Origin: Balanoglossus misakiensis
Lineage: Eukaryota > Animalia > Hemichordata
Assembly: GCA_040954595.2 (NCBI GenBank)
Contig: CM082585.2
Location: forward strand, 10,218,564 to 10,282,563
DNA length: 64,000 nucleotides
Direction: 5' to 3'
The position numbers and the translations under genes are program-made. Of this stretch, positions 27,101 to 38,100 are shown in pieces (position 1 is the stretch's first letter; each line of letters starts with the position of its first letter). The notes beneath the pieces are model-generated. The model saw nothing but the letters and a program-made list of their open reading frames with translations, did not search any database and had not been told where the DNA came from.

Positions 27101-28613
27101 GTCAAAGTTTTAATTGTGTACTCAAGATCTATAACGTACAAGTGAATTTTTTATATGTGTAACGTTCATTACTGACACTGAAAATAGTACCGTGAACAGG
27201 AACCACGGCCTGGGCAGGCGAGTGTAGGTCAACGTGGGTCCATGCATGCAAGTTCTGATGACGTCATCACCAGAACGATTGATCACGTCACAGATAGAGC
27301 AGTTGTCTACGTCTACTTTTTCCGGGGCGAGACCTACAGTACAGTTCTATGTCCCAAACTCCACCAACCACCTCTAATAAACTCAAAAAGTAGGCTTAGT
27401 GAGCGATGGAGATGCGCGGTAAAACCCATATGCCACAACGCTCACGCACACCTGTTTCTTCTTTAGTTCTAATGGCACCCTCGGAAGCCAACTGGCCGGT
27501 TAGCTCAGTTGGTTAGAGCGTCGTGCTAATAACGCGAATGTCGCGGGTTCGAGCCCCGTACTGGCCATTTGTTTTATTTTATTTATTCATATTTCACTGT
27601 TTTATAAAGCAAAAGGCTTCTTATTCCTTTGTTGTCCTTTTTTTGTTACAATTATTTTTTTTATCCATGTAAAAAACGTACTTATATTTTGAACAAATGC
27701 ATCTGCAAAACTAATTCCATCATTGTTTTATTTCATTAGGAAAGTAAACAACCATTTTCATAAAAGTTTATATTAAATTTTAAGTGTGCAATTTACTTGA
27801 ATGTATGCTCTGTTTATATAGGGGACATATTTTTTCAACCATCATGTTTTTGTTTCTTTTCTTATAGGTGAATGCATTTGTGCTGATCATGGTGATCAGG
27901 GTGTTTATGACTCTCAAAGCCAATGCTGATAAAACCGAAAAGGAGAGACTGAAGTAAGTGAAAGTATTTGTTTGTGATTCTTCTTTTCATAAGCAAAATG
28001 TTTTGAAGAAAAAAGGGGGGAAAATTACACTGTGACTGTTAGCGTTGGTGACCCAGGGTTGATGCATCTCCATCAGTGCACGAAAACCTTACTCTGTTTA
28101 ATTTTCAACAGGGCTGGTCTGAGGGCGGTATTGATGCTGCAACCATTGCTGGGGTTGACTTGGTTGTTCGGATTACTTTCCTCCTATGACCCTTCACTTC
28201 TGTTTAACTATTTGTTCGTCATTTTCAATTCTCTGCAGGTAAGGCTGGTTAACCTTAAGTTAATATACACATTTGAATTTTACTTACCTTCCCTGAAATT
28301 GACAAAATTATTATGCTTGTGATGAAAATAATGTATTATCGGTATTATGAAGAAAGTATTAAAAAATAGCTATTTTTTTAAGAACAGTTTTAATTTTGAA
28401 TCTTATCATTGTTTCCAGGGTGTTTTCGTGTTTTTACTTCACTGTTTGATGAATGAAGAGGTAAGTTATTTTCTGATTGAACTGGCAGAAAAGATTTTCT
28501 AAAGAGCAGACAAGAGGGTTGATGGAACATTGGGGACTTGGAATGTTTTGCTGAAAAATTGAAGAATCCTGTGTACATTATCTGTGAGTGAGTGAGTGTG
28601 TGTGCACGTGTAC

Positions 28614-28675
<62 letters not shown>

Positions 28676-29714
28676 CGTGTCACTAAGTCTCCTAATATAT
28701 CTCAGTAGTGAACCATTTCTTTTTGTTTGTTTTTTCATTCACAACTACCTCAAGGTGAGGAAGACATTCCGAATACACCAGAAGAAACTGAAATCATCCG
28801 TCATGTCATCTTCCGGTACAGAAAGCAGTGTGATCACCAAGACAAAACTAAAACCAGACTACAAATCGGTATACAGAAAAATCCAAAAATCTGAAAACTT
28901 GAACCTCATCTTACCACCTTCATAGATTTTCATTTTGTTTTGGTTAGCCATCATTCATAGCGAGTCAGTCTGTCCAGTAAACATTCCAAAATAAGATCAA
29001 AATTCCCATCATTTTTGTTGGTTTGTCTTTCATCTCTGATGCCATTGAATTTCATCATCTTGTGCTCGTCAGAGGGCGCTGTTTTGCTCCCTCTTACAGC
29101 CTCAGAAACTGTCTTGCGCTTCCCTCTCGATCACACCTCTCATTCGCCTGTAGTTTTGTTTTAGTTTCATCCTTTCATTCTTTGTGTGATATTTGCTGAG
29201 GGTTGAAACGGAATTTACTTTCGGAGTGGAGAGAAAATGGAAAGCGGACAAATAAAAGTTGGTGTTTTTGAGTCTTCATGTTTCATTCTTTTCAACATTT
29301 TGCTGCAGTCTCTAATATTGTCTAAACTTTGTTCTTCCTTCCTTGGTCTTCCATTTGCCATAACCATCTTCATCATCATCGCATCATCATAGGATCTAGC
29401 AAAGATTCGTGTGGAGGAGAAGAAACACGCAGGTACTATTTCAACTTGAATGAATGAATGGAACGATCAGACATTATTATTTTAGATTTTTAACGATATT
29501 ATCCTCTCTGGTTATGCAAGAAGCAGACTGACTGGTCAGTCTGCTGGACACAAAAAAGCCAAGTCCATCAACATCTACGATCATAGGTTTTTCGTGGCTA
29601 ACTTATCCTAGCACTTCGGAAAGCCATGTTTTGGGATGTTTGGAGTTGTTTCCAATCTCTGTTCTTTCTTGTTTTTTTTCAGTCGTGGGGAAAGAAGCGT
29701 GGTCCGAGAGTTAG
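2826..29714 (+). CDS. Adhesion GPCR with four F5/8 type C (discoidin) domains, GAIN/GPS and 7TM (multi-exon, ~1,290 aa)
   Basis: Phase-consistent GT-AG exon chain: 2826-2867, 3068-3127, 5049-5348, 7438-7579, 11991-12349, 14336-14483, 15836-16158, 16396-16543, 17160-17461, 19070-19208, 20592-20680, 21309-21497, 21652-21720, 22025-22136, 22983-23111, 23318-23520, 24125-24177, 24490-24613, 24717-24823, 25393-25495, 25795-25945, 26098-26164, 26427-26493, 27868-27953, 28112-28238, 28419-28460, 28755-28868, 29393-29432, 29683-29714 (TAG). No in-frame stops. Hallmarks: CVFW..W...GC..TCKCDHLTNFAVLM, HANL, LHYFFL..FMWMLLEG, CWLS, PLLGLTW, FNSLQG. The first two and last two exons are less certain. Confidence 0.92.
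5049..7579 (+). CDS. FA58C (discoidin) domain 1, exons 5049-5348 and 7438-7579
   Basis: VPLGMESGIISDAQLAASS..SRLN..AWCP..QWLEVSF..STQGR..WTQSYSVSY | IFDGNSD..VRIHPKTFNGNMCLRAEFYGY: canonical F5/8C motifs with good splice sites. Confidence 0.93.
7298..7372. repeat. Compound CA/CATA/TA microsatellite
   Basis: Directly visible. Confidence 0.8.
10912..10943. repeat. (TACA)n microsatellite
   Basis: Directly visible, about 20 nt upstream of the tRNA. Confidence 0.9.
10963..11036 (+). tRNA. tRNA-Ile(AAT)
   Basis: 74 nt GGCCGGTTAGCTCAGTTGGTTAGAGCGTCGTGCT-AAT-AACGCGAATGTCGCGGGTTCGAGCCCCGTACTGGCCA; folds as a cloverleaf, has A/B boxes and a T6 terminator at 11041-11046. Confidence 0.96.
11991..14483 (+). 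CDS. FA58C domain 2, exons 11991-12349 and 14336-14483
   Basis: KLGIESGAIPDSQLDASS..SRLN..GWCA..EWLQVDL..HSNDG | NFNG..ARYVRI..SCARWEIHGY; phases 1-0-1. Confidence 0.92.
15836..16543 (+). CDS. FA58C domain 3, exons 15836-16158 and 16396-16543
   Basis: EPLGIENGLVKDSQMTASS..ARLN..AWCS..QWLQVDL..VQGRGD | SFQGSYD..ARYIRVHPVAW..ICMRIEIHG; phases 1-0-1. Confidence 0.94.
17160..19208 (+). CDS. FA58C domain 4, exons 17160-17461 and 19070-19208
   Basis: AWRP..PWLQVDLG..VTGVVTQG..WTTGY | NLTSNYD..ARYVKILP..VSLRVVLLGY; phases 1-0-1. The intron between the two exons contains the nested gene. Confidence 0.9.
18011..18571 (-). CDS. Intronless TMEM79-like / MAPEG-superfamily membrane protein (186 aa), nested antisense in a GPCR intron
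   Basis: Several hydrophobic helices. Motifs ERLVYTLRW, RF....IDP, LQNTFEQ, ARIIFWIGY and RRYGMAMTF resemble TMEM79 (RLVYTLR..SRLIYW..RGFGYGLTF) and MAPEG (QNTxEQ) proteins as I recall them. ATG and TAA intact. Confidence 0.85.
   Translation of the reverse strand: MSQKMFNLTPTQMLILKCQPVCILVIVSTFALASVLPIPTPNAPLLAERLVYTLRWLVFELILLLGGIGAVANTRFLTAQIDPLVKKDTERIDVYSRCLQNTFEQVAISIPGKLIMASYMDSDGLRYIPVFVFLFVFARIIFWIGYSIGPMERRYGMAMTFHLNWIVLAYCTYNLLVYGSCYGFAL
20423..20496 (-). tRNA. tRNA-Ile(AAT)
   Basis: Exact reverse complement of the 10963 copy, followed on the minus strand by TTTATTTTT. Confidence 0.96.
20592..24613 (+). CDS. Thr-rich linker and GAIN domain with GPS motif
   Basis: Eight phase-compatible exons: ATTPQGVTTTT linker, helical subdomain-A-like exons, SVVSHVFS..NPVYLNF, then DVCVFWKFDEGSTSGVWATTGC..TTCKCDHL|TNFAVLM. 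Confidence 0.9.
24717..28460 (+). CDS. 7TM (secretin/adhesion class) region, eight exons
   Basis: TM1 LTYIGTISSIISLLFAVLVY; TM2 IIIHANLAISLALAQ; TM3 CTAIAILLHYFFLVSFMWMLLEG; TM4 IGWGIP; ECL2 CWLS; TM5 WAFLAP..VN; TM6 LQPLLGLTWLFG; TM7 YLFVIFNSLQGVFVFLLHCLMNEE. Confidence 0.95.
26900..26943 (+). pseudogene. Truncated tRNA-Ile(AAT) relic (3' half)
   Basis: TGCTAATAACGCGAATGTAGCTGGTTCGAGCCGCGTACTGGCCA matches the last 44 nt of the tRNA with 3 substitutions and is followed by a T-run; the 5' half/A box is missing. Confidence 0.85.
27494..27567 (+). tRNA. tRNA-Ile(AAT)
   Basis: Identical to the 10963 copy, followed by TTTGTTTT. Confidence 0.96.
28616..28680. repeat. (TG)n microsatellite
   Basis: Directly visible. 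Confidence 0.97.
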
Positions 29715-32196
29715 GCTTGCCGGTTCTGTGTTGGACGCCCTCATCGTCGTACGTGACAGAAAGAACCGCCAGCACCACAGATGGCTTACGTAGTAGCAGC
29801 AGCACCACCGGTTCCAGGGAAACCATTTCCATGGAAACAACGATAACTCCTTCGATGACTAGGAGCTTAATCGGCGCACGTTCTCCAAGGCACGTGATTT
29901 TCCACAAACCCTGATTTGTCGTTTTATCACCAGTGCGCAAACTCTTCCAGAACTACTTTTGTTTTCAACTTGACTACAATGGTCAACCACTTCATATCAC
30001 GATTGTTTAATTTCTTCTCATGTATATATTCTCGAAGAACTGCCTGCAAAATATAAAGGATACTTAATTGAGTTCAGATAAAACTGGTGAAAAACTTCAG
30101 ACTTCGCTGTAGATCTAGACAACTATGGCGTGTCTGCACCGACTATGCTATGTGTAGTTTCCCAGGCACATTTCAAAATATTGTGTATATATATTCCCAC
30201 ATATTGAGCTGTTGATAATAGACATAATGGTCTTGGGAGATCTCGCAATGGGCAGAAATTCATCTGCATCTGCGAGAAATTTGATTATGTTGTTATATTC
30301 CCACCACCAGGAGATACCTTGAATTCTTCACACATTCCCTTTGAAAACACCTTGACAACGGCCAGTTGCCACCCTTCATGTTAACGAGATTAGTTATCTA
30401 ATCACCTAGGTCGTTTTTGAGTTTTGCTTTTTCGGTTTGAATTCTTTCTCACGTGAAATTATCAGCACCCAAAAAAAACACAAATTTAGTGTCTATTTAT
30501 ACTGCGATGACTCTTCTATATATTTACATCCCTTTAATATGCCGTCCAGATGTGCGACTTTCGATTATCATCGAAGGATTCAAACACAATTCGATAGGAT
30601 AGTACTTTCAGGTTAAAACACACCAATCTATTAGTTTTATTTTTGTTGGACAGTAATGTTAACTTCAGACAGCTCTTACTTGTATATAGTGAATATCCAG
30701 CATTTTAAGACGTCATAGTTTTGTGATCTAGTGTTAACGTAATATTTATCATGGTTTATCGCCGAATTGCAGTAAGAGCGCAACTATATGTACATCTTTA
30801 CTGTCGTTTTCTGCACCCTCAAGACATGAACGTAACTCGTAGTAGTGAAGTGTCATTTCATACCATGTATTTACGCAGAATACCATTATCGTAGGATTCG
30901 ATTTACATTTCATTTCTTTAATTTTCTTAATGGTGTTTCTCTACTGTAAAGCAAGTTTCCTTGCAAACAGCAAAAAGTGTACTGTGTACAGTATATGTTA
31001 TTATTGCGTTTGCTGATATTAAATGTATTTCTTTTTAAACGAATACTCGTTCATCGGGAATTTATTTGCGGGTTTGTCGGTGGTTGCCATTTTCGTGGAA
31101 TCTCGCTCGCTGGGTTATCTCGAGGTACTCGGAATCTTGAACTGAATTTTGGTAAAAAATGTGGGGCGTTGGTGAGAAGTATCCCGATCAACACTTACGC
31201 GCGTCCAGTGAGAACGACCCAAGTAAAGATCTCTGATGTTGGTATCCGATGCGCCACCTTGATTGTCGGCATGCGTTTTTAATGTAAATGTATGATTTGT
31301 TGCGCATGGGAGCGTTAATGTGCCGGCCAATACTTATGGTGGGAAATTTGGTGGTGGCTTCATACAGACTACGGATAAAAGAAATCTGGGGTGTAATAAA
31401 TATCACACGGATATGGGTTAATTAGGGTTAAACGTGTATTGAAGAAGTGTACAGAAAATAAGGAGCTACTAAAAGACATCTAAAACATCTCAAGATCGGT
31501 TGAGTGGATGCGCGGAACCACAGACAGTGAAATTATGAGAAATAAACATGCGGACGTGTGAAAGTGAGTGTACGTACAGCTGAAGAAGGTCGGAGTGACT
31601 AGAAAACAGGATGGCCTCTGTGCGGAGATGACATGGGTGATCGCACTGGTTGTATACTAAAGAAAGTTCGCTGTGTGTTGACTTGATGCCATTAGCATCA
31701 GTCCAGGATCTACACTTCAGGTAGCAGAGCCATGCATGTGACCACAGGACTATGACGAGAGCTCTTTGCAAAGGGGGAAAGGCTGCGGTTTCACGTAAAA
31801 GAGGAAATGTGATATCCCCCCTTGTGTTTTAATTGTTTGTCAACTTCTTCATCATTAATTTCGCAGAGCTGTTTCGGCTCTATAGTATAGGCTACTAAGC
31901 ATGCTGAGTAGGTGTATTCATTCTTTTGTTAGCGCTTCAACCAATCAGAAATGGTCTTCTTTTGTATTTTAAAATACCCGCCAGACAGCCCTTTGTCCCA
32001 TTTAAAAATTAAGCTCGTTTTCTAATTCATCGATATTCCGCCGAAATTTCTATCTGTGTGACGGTTTCTGTACTGTAAGCGGTGAAAGTCAAGTTCTTTT
32101 GAAACATGCAGACTCCTCAGAAGTCGGTTCAACAATTTCTTATCTTATAAACATCAGACGGCTTGCCTCATTAGCATAAAATATATAGAAACAAAT

Positions 32197-35100
32197 ATGG
32201 CGGAGCTGGTAGCAGGTAAGCTATTAACGTTCCCTTTAGTGTTTTAGTGTTTTCACAAATTTGCTTTGGTGAAAATATTTTATTTCTGACATATATTTTA
32301 AGAGGTACATATGCGTCACGGGATACCGTGCCAGTTTTGTAAATTTACAGACGAATTTTAACGTTATTAACAAATTTGTCAATTTTAAAACTGGATTTTT
32401 GAATGGGGCTGGCTCATTTGATAGGCGACATGAAATGTACTTCTTGTATTGTCGTAATAACACGACATGTTTCTGTGTCAGGCTACCCACAGGTTTTGCC
32501 GACGAGAATACCGATGTCGACAATATGTAGTTCGTCCACACACCAAGGAAATAACATACAAAACGGATGTGGGAACGGCTACGGACCGGGGAAATCGTCG
32601 GCAAGCCCATATGTAGTCAATGATAAACTTACAGACGACAGTCGACGCGTAACTCCAAATTGCAATGGAAAAGTAATTGGGAACACGCGCAACAACGAAG
32701 GCAGTAGCCGCTCAAATGCCACAAAGAGCCTGTTTAAGAGGATAATGTTTGGAAAGAGTTCGAAAGAAAAGAAAAGGGATCGTAAGACGCCTGCTGAGAA
32801 CTGTAACGTGAAGGTACGCTCCAAAGGTCACAGAGAAGTCGTTAGTGGCGATGGAACGATTGACAACACCATAGGCACAGTTGACAAAACAGGTTTCCGG
32901 CGTCAGACAAACATCAGCTATTGCGGTATGGAGTCAGGTAGAACTCTGGGTCTGTCGCGAAGCGCTTCGATGAACCATTGCGGCGGGAAGGACAGCTTCT
33001 TGCGGGAAAGATCCGTCTTGCGCCGCAGTGCTTCCTTCAGCACCGGACCGAAGACGAACACTGGGGAAAAGAAACCTTACAAACCCGAACACGGGAGCAT
33101 TGGTGAGCTTGCTGTTGACGATGGCCAGGTCAGTCCCGATGCAGGTTATAGTCCGGTTTGGGCGAGCCGTCACAACATTGCCAAAAGCAATAAGACATCA
33201 TTCCAGAGATTACCAAATGAGCAGATACAATTGAATGAGATGACAAAAAGTTCATCATCAACAACGTTAGATTCTTTGACAATGCATACAAAACCGAAAG
33301 AAACTATTTGGCTGTCGAGGGACCAATCAAATTACAGCCCTAGTTCACAAGTGTTTGAGAAACGACAGCTCAAGGAAGACACCTCATTGGGTGCCGCTGT
33401 CAAACTGGCTGCCAGGACAAAAGCCAAAAAGAAAAGCAAGATCCCAGGAGATGCCAGAGAGAAGCCAACAAAGAAAGGCAAAAACACACACCAGCAAAAG
33501 GTAGCAGACGACACCCGCAGGAATATTAACAGCTATGTGGCTGATAATAAAATAGCCACAGTAGAAACTTTTCAAGAAGGCCACCGATCTGTGAAACCAG
33601 CAGGTAAGCCCAGCAGCAGTGGTGTTCGCAATTCTGTTCACTACTACAGCCCATCAGATATCACCAATACAATAAACTCTGGAAGACCAAAGTCAATGGT
33701 GTATGCGAGTGAACACATGAAAACACAAGTGCAGCGAAACATTATTGAGACAGGAAGTGAACGGTCAGTCAACTCACAGGTGCCAACCGTGAAACCAAGT
33801 TGGCCTTCGGCTGAGACAAGGAACTTGAAACTTTCCTCAGAATCGCCTGTTATATCAAAAACAGGAGAACATTCAAGAAGATTCCGTTCTGCACTGGGAC
33901 AAAAACATGCGAGCTCTGATACACCCACAAGGAAAAGTGTAAACAACATCTCCGGATCTTCAGCCACAACACCTGTACGTGCACCGGAAGAAAATAATCC
34001 CAGAAATGTGACAAGATCAATTATGGAGTCTGACATGGAGCATTCCAGGACTCTCCGGTCAACCATGGAAAAGAGGAGACAAACTTCCAACCCGGGAATT
34101 CAGCAAGGGAGTTCTGTTACTGCTGGGAATTCACCTGCAAGCTCCAAACAACCAGTGGGATCTTGTGCAAGGAAAGACACCAATGGGAAATCTCTGATGA
34201 AAGGTAAGCATGGAAACGCTGCAAAATCCAGGATCCAAGCAAGTCCTTCTAAATCATCCCAGTCAAATGATGTTATCTGTGATTATGGAAAACTGATGGC
34301 AGATCATAAATTTATCATCACACCAGACAACAATGCAAATCCTGCATATGAAACGATGCCATTGAATACTCAAAACAGTAGGTCACCGTACAGGCAAAGT
34401 ACCTCTGTTGAAAAGAGGGAATGTGAAAATGAAACAAAAGACGAGGTTGTCAGAAAGGTGAATACTCCACAAAGACCTGGCAGCCTTACACAAGAAGATA
34501 ATGGTGGATTAAATTCACAGGGCCAGACTGATGAAACGGGAAAAAGACCATCAAACATGAATTCTCCCCAGAGACCAAATGTGGCACAAAAACCCACTGT
34601 CAGACATGTCGGGTTTGGAAAGTTCGACAAAAGCAAGCCGAGGCCCAAGAGTGAGATTTATCAGAGACAGGAAAGCCATAACGAGTTTAGTAGGGATAGT
34701 TATGTGAGACGGAGCTTTGCTGGTGTGATAAAGCAGCGAGAAGTACGACCAGGGAGGTCGACAGTTGAATTTGAAAAGGAGAGATCACTCCAAGCCAGGC
34801 CAGAGCTCGCCATGAGTGAGATGGAGAGAGAGGGGGGACAGTGTACGTCCCCACACTCAAAGTTGCCGAGACCAGTGGTGTCCCCACGCAAGGAGGGTGA
34901 ATCACATCAGTACATGACTGCCGCAGAGCAAAGAGTTCCAAGGGAGAATGTGAGTAGATCGCCGAGGAGGTCTGAGTCACTCGGGAAGTATGATGGAAAG
35001 TTGAGAAGGCCTGAAGTGCGAAACAAACACAGCAAACAAGAGATGGAGAATGTAAACAGGCCACTAAGGGCCGAGATCAATGCAAATACTAAAAGCAAGA

Positions 35101-38100
35101 CTGGAAAAGAATGTCCGTATGAAAAGAGTGTAAGAAATCAAGTCGATACGGTCTCGAGAAATATTACAGTAGGTTGCGGCTCAGACAGTGGGGACACAAA
35201 AAGGACTGACCCGGGCAGTGCTGTACAAGCATGCAAGGCTTCAAACAGTGGCACAGTTCATCAAAGGAAAACAAGTGGAACGGAAGCCGTTTTGTCCGAA
35301 GGCGGCACAGACATTGCGTCATCAAAGAGCGCCGGACATCACCAAACGCAACGGTCAATCAAAGATGCTGGGCAGATAGACCCCAACGTAACAAAGGCGG
35401 GAATTTCAAGCAGTGTGACAGCAAGTGTAGGTGGCAAAATGACAACTGCGGGACAATGCAGCGAAAGTGATGATGTGATTAGGTATGCTAATAGATCGAA
35501 TAACCAAACCAGCCAGAGGCAGGACCAGATTATAGACAAAGACCTCACAGTGGCAGAATCACACAGCCATACACAGCTACACAGCGTGAAAACACACGCA
35601 AATGTTGAAGAACCAACGCCAGTCAAGCTTTGCAAGGATACACAAGAAAGCAATGATACACAGGCTAATGACGGCAGTGATGATTTGAAATCGCATGAAT
35701 GGGTGTTGACTAACGCTTCTGTTGGCCGAGAGACTGATTATCTTGAGCCGTTAAAGCATGCAAAGTCAATTAGTCTCAATGACCTTTTGGATGGAAGTCG
35801 CTCCCAGTCGGACACCGATTCTACAGGTGATCTGTGTTGTGATTTTGAAAGTCGGGACAATGCGAGCACCAGTAGTCGTGGCATGGAAAGTGCAGAGGAA
35901 GTGTCAGGTGTGACCGCCTGTCACCGGGAGAACTCCGTCCTGCCGGATAACGTGCCTGGCGGGGATGAAACTGGAAACCAGGAACGGCTGCCAGGTTCTG
36001 AACAGGTGATGAATTCGACCAGTGGTGTGTCAACAGGGAACCTTTCAGCACATTCCAAAATCACCACAAGGCATGCCGTCCGCGCCGGCATCAGCAAGAG
36101 TGGAGTGTCGATTACCGAAACTGAAAACGTGAAAACATATCCAGAGGATAAAACAGAGTCGCCGCTAGCAACACAGCGAAGTAAGATCCCAGTGCACGTT
36201 TCCCAGCCAGCCAATCAGACAGCTTCTTCTTTTCATCGGTGTCACGAGAGGTCAACAACCAATCCAGATGTCTGCATTGATCAATCTGACACTAATTATC
36301 AACACAGGCATGGTTCATCTGCTACGGACAAACAACTCAAGGGTGTTGCTCTATCCGAGGTTGAGGTGAAATCCAGTTCAGGTACACTCAGAGTCGTGGA
36401 ATCAATTTCACCGAGTTTCACATCAACGCCAACTCACAAACGCCCAAAAGGCAGAGAGACAGGAAGTCCACACAGTGGAATTGGAGAAATCAGATCAAAA
36501 GAACAATATCCATCTCCAAATGAGTCAAAGGTATTGCTTCAGTTTGGAAGATCACCACAAAAGAAGTCTGGATTGCCAAGGCCAACAAGTGGGAGTTTGT
36601 ACAGCAGTCGTGATATACCTACAAGTGTAGGGGAGAAATCAACACAAATGAATGATGATGGCCGCACTGAAACTGACCAACTGTATAGGCAAGCAACGGA
36701 AATCTCAGCTGATGAGAATGATGTGTTGCATCTGACAGAAGACAGGCAAGAAGGAGATGGCCCGAGAAAGACAGTTTCTGCATCAGTGGGACAGAATGAA
36801 ATGGTCAGCGAGGGTGATGACCAGAAGTGGTCAGTTGGCAAAGAGTTGGTCCTGACACCTGTCTCAAATAGGAAACAAGACATATGCAAATACAGGCAGG
36901 AAACGAAAGACGATGCCTTCTTGGAGAAAACTGCCGACGGGATTTCACAGTCTGCCACAACAGGTGAGTCATCTATTTCTATAGTCTCCTTTAACAGGTG
37001 AGTGAGTTTGAACGTGCGTGATGGTCACTGCTAGTTTTTGCACCGACGACAAACTCGACCATCTTTTCTCGTAACATATTTTATCAGTGTTTTTGTTGAA
37101 ATGTGGCAGTACAGTATATACAGTGAAAACTGAAATGAGCTAAGGTAAGTGTTGTTTTTTCCACACGTGGCATGTTACTTTGGGACTCCTCATGGAGAAC
37201 TTGTGTAAAATAACCAGAGAGCCAGGGTGATATTTACTGGTCTGCCACTGTCAACAAAATCACTGGATGAAATGAAACATAACAGTAACACCGAAGAGGA
37301 AAACCTGCTCTCCATTTTTTTGCTTAGCCCTTTCACTACCACTATGGTTCAGTCCAAACCCATTATTTTCTATGGTGAGGTTGGACCTCTAAAGAGGGAA
37401 CTAGGGGTGAAAGGGTTAAAATAAAACCCAGAAGTATCCCTTTTCACATCTGCTTTTTTGTCCCGCTTTATTTTTTCTTCCCCCCAGAAAAACAAACAAA
37501 CAATCAACCAAAAAGTGTCTGTAAAAATCCAATTAATTATAATGTGCAACATCAAAATTTTTGGCATGAATTATTCAAGTTTTCAAAAGAAATTTATGTA
37601 GTCCAATTACCCTCTTGCACTGTAAAAAAGTTCAAGGTGTCCTGTTTGAAACAGTGACATTTGGCCACTGTATGTTGGTGAATGGTTGACGTTAGACTAC
37701 CTGTTTTTGTAAAATAATGAACTGAAACCTGTGTGTTGGTCCTGTTCATGTTGCTCTGTAAGGTTGGCTTTGTGTTTTACCAGTGCTGATCTTCAGTGCA
37801 ATATAAACTAGGGTTTGACAGCACTGTGAGATCAGCTGAGCTTGACTTCATTCGAAGTCAGTTTTCACATGCATGGACCTACCACAGTCCTCAGTGGAGC
37901 AGCCATTGCAGATGCAGTTGTCATATGTAAACCAGGGGGATTGGCCAGCCCCTGGGATCAACTGAATGTTACTGTAGCATGAGCTTTCGAAGACACCCAC
38001 TGTCCTTCATCAGCTGCAAGGGTGGAATGAACCACAGTTGAACTTGGAGCACAAAACCAATTCATAAAATTCAGTGTGAAAAAATGTCCAAGAGCAGGTG

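Noticed and set aside
28390-28925. THTH/VCVC-rich ORFs
   Set aside because: Translations of the (TG)n microsatellite; only 28755-28868 is a real exon
29714-32197. Functional link between the adjacent adhesion GPCR and putative RhoGEF
   Set aside because: Adjacency in animal genomes is weak evidence and the GEF identity is unconfirmed
32579-36958. Many minus-strand ORFs
   Set aside because: Antisense shadows of the giant exon
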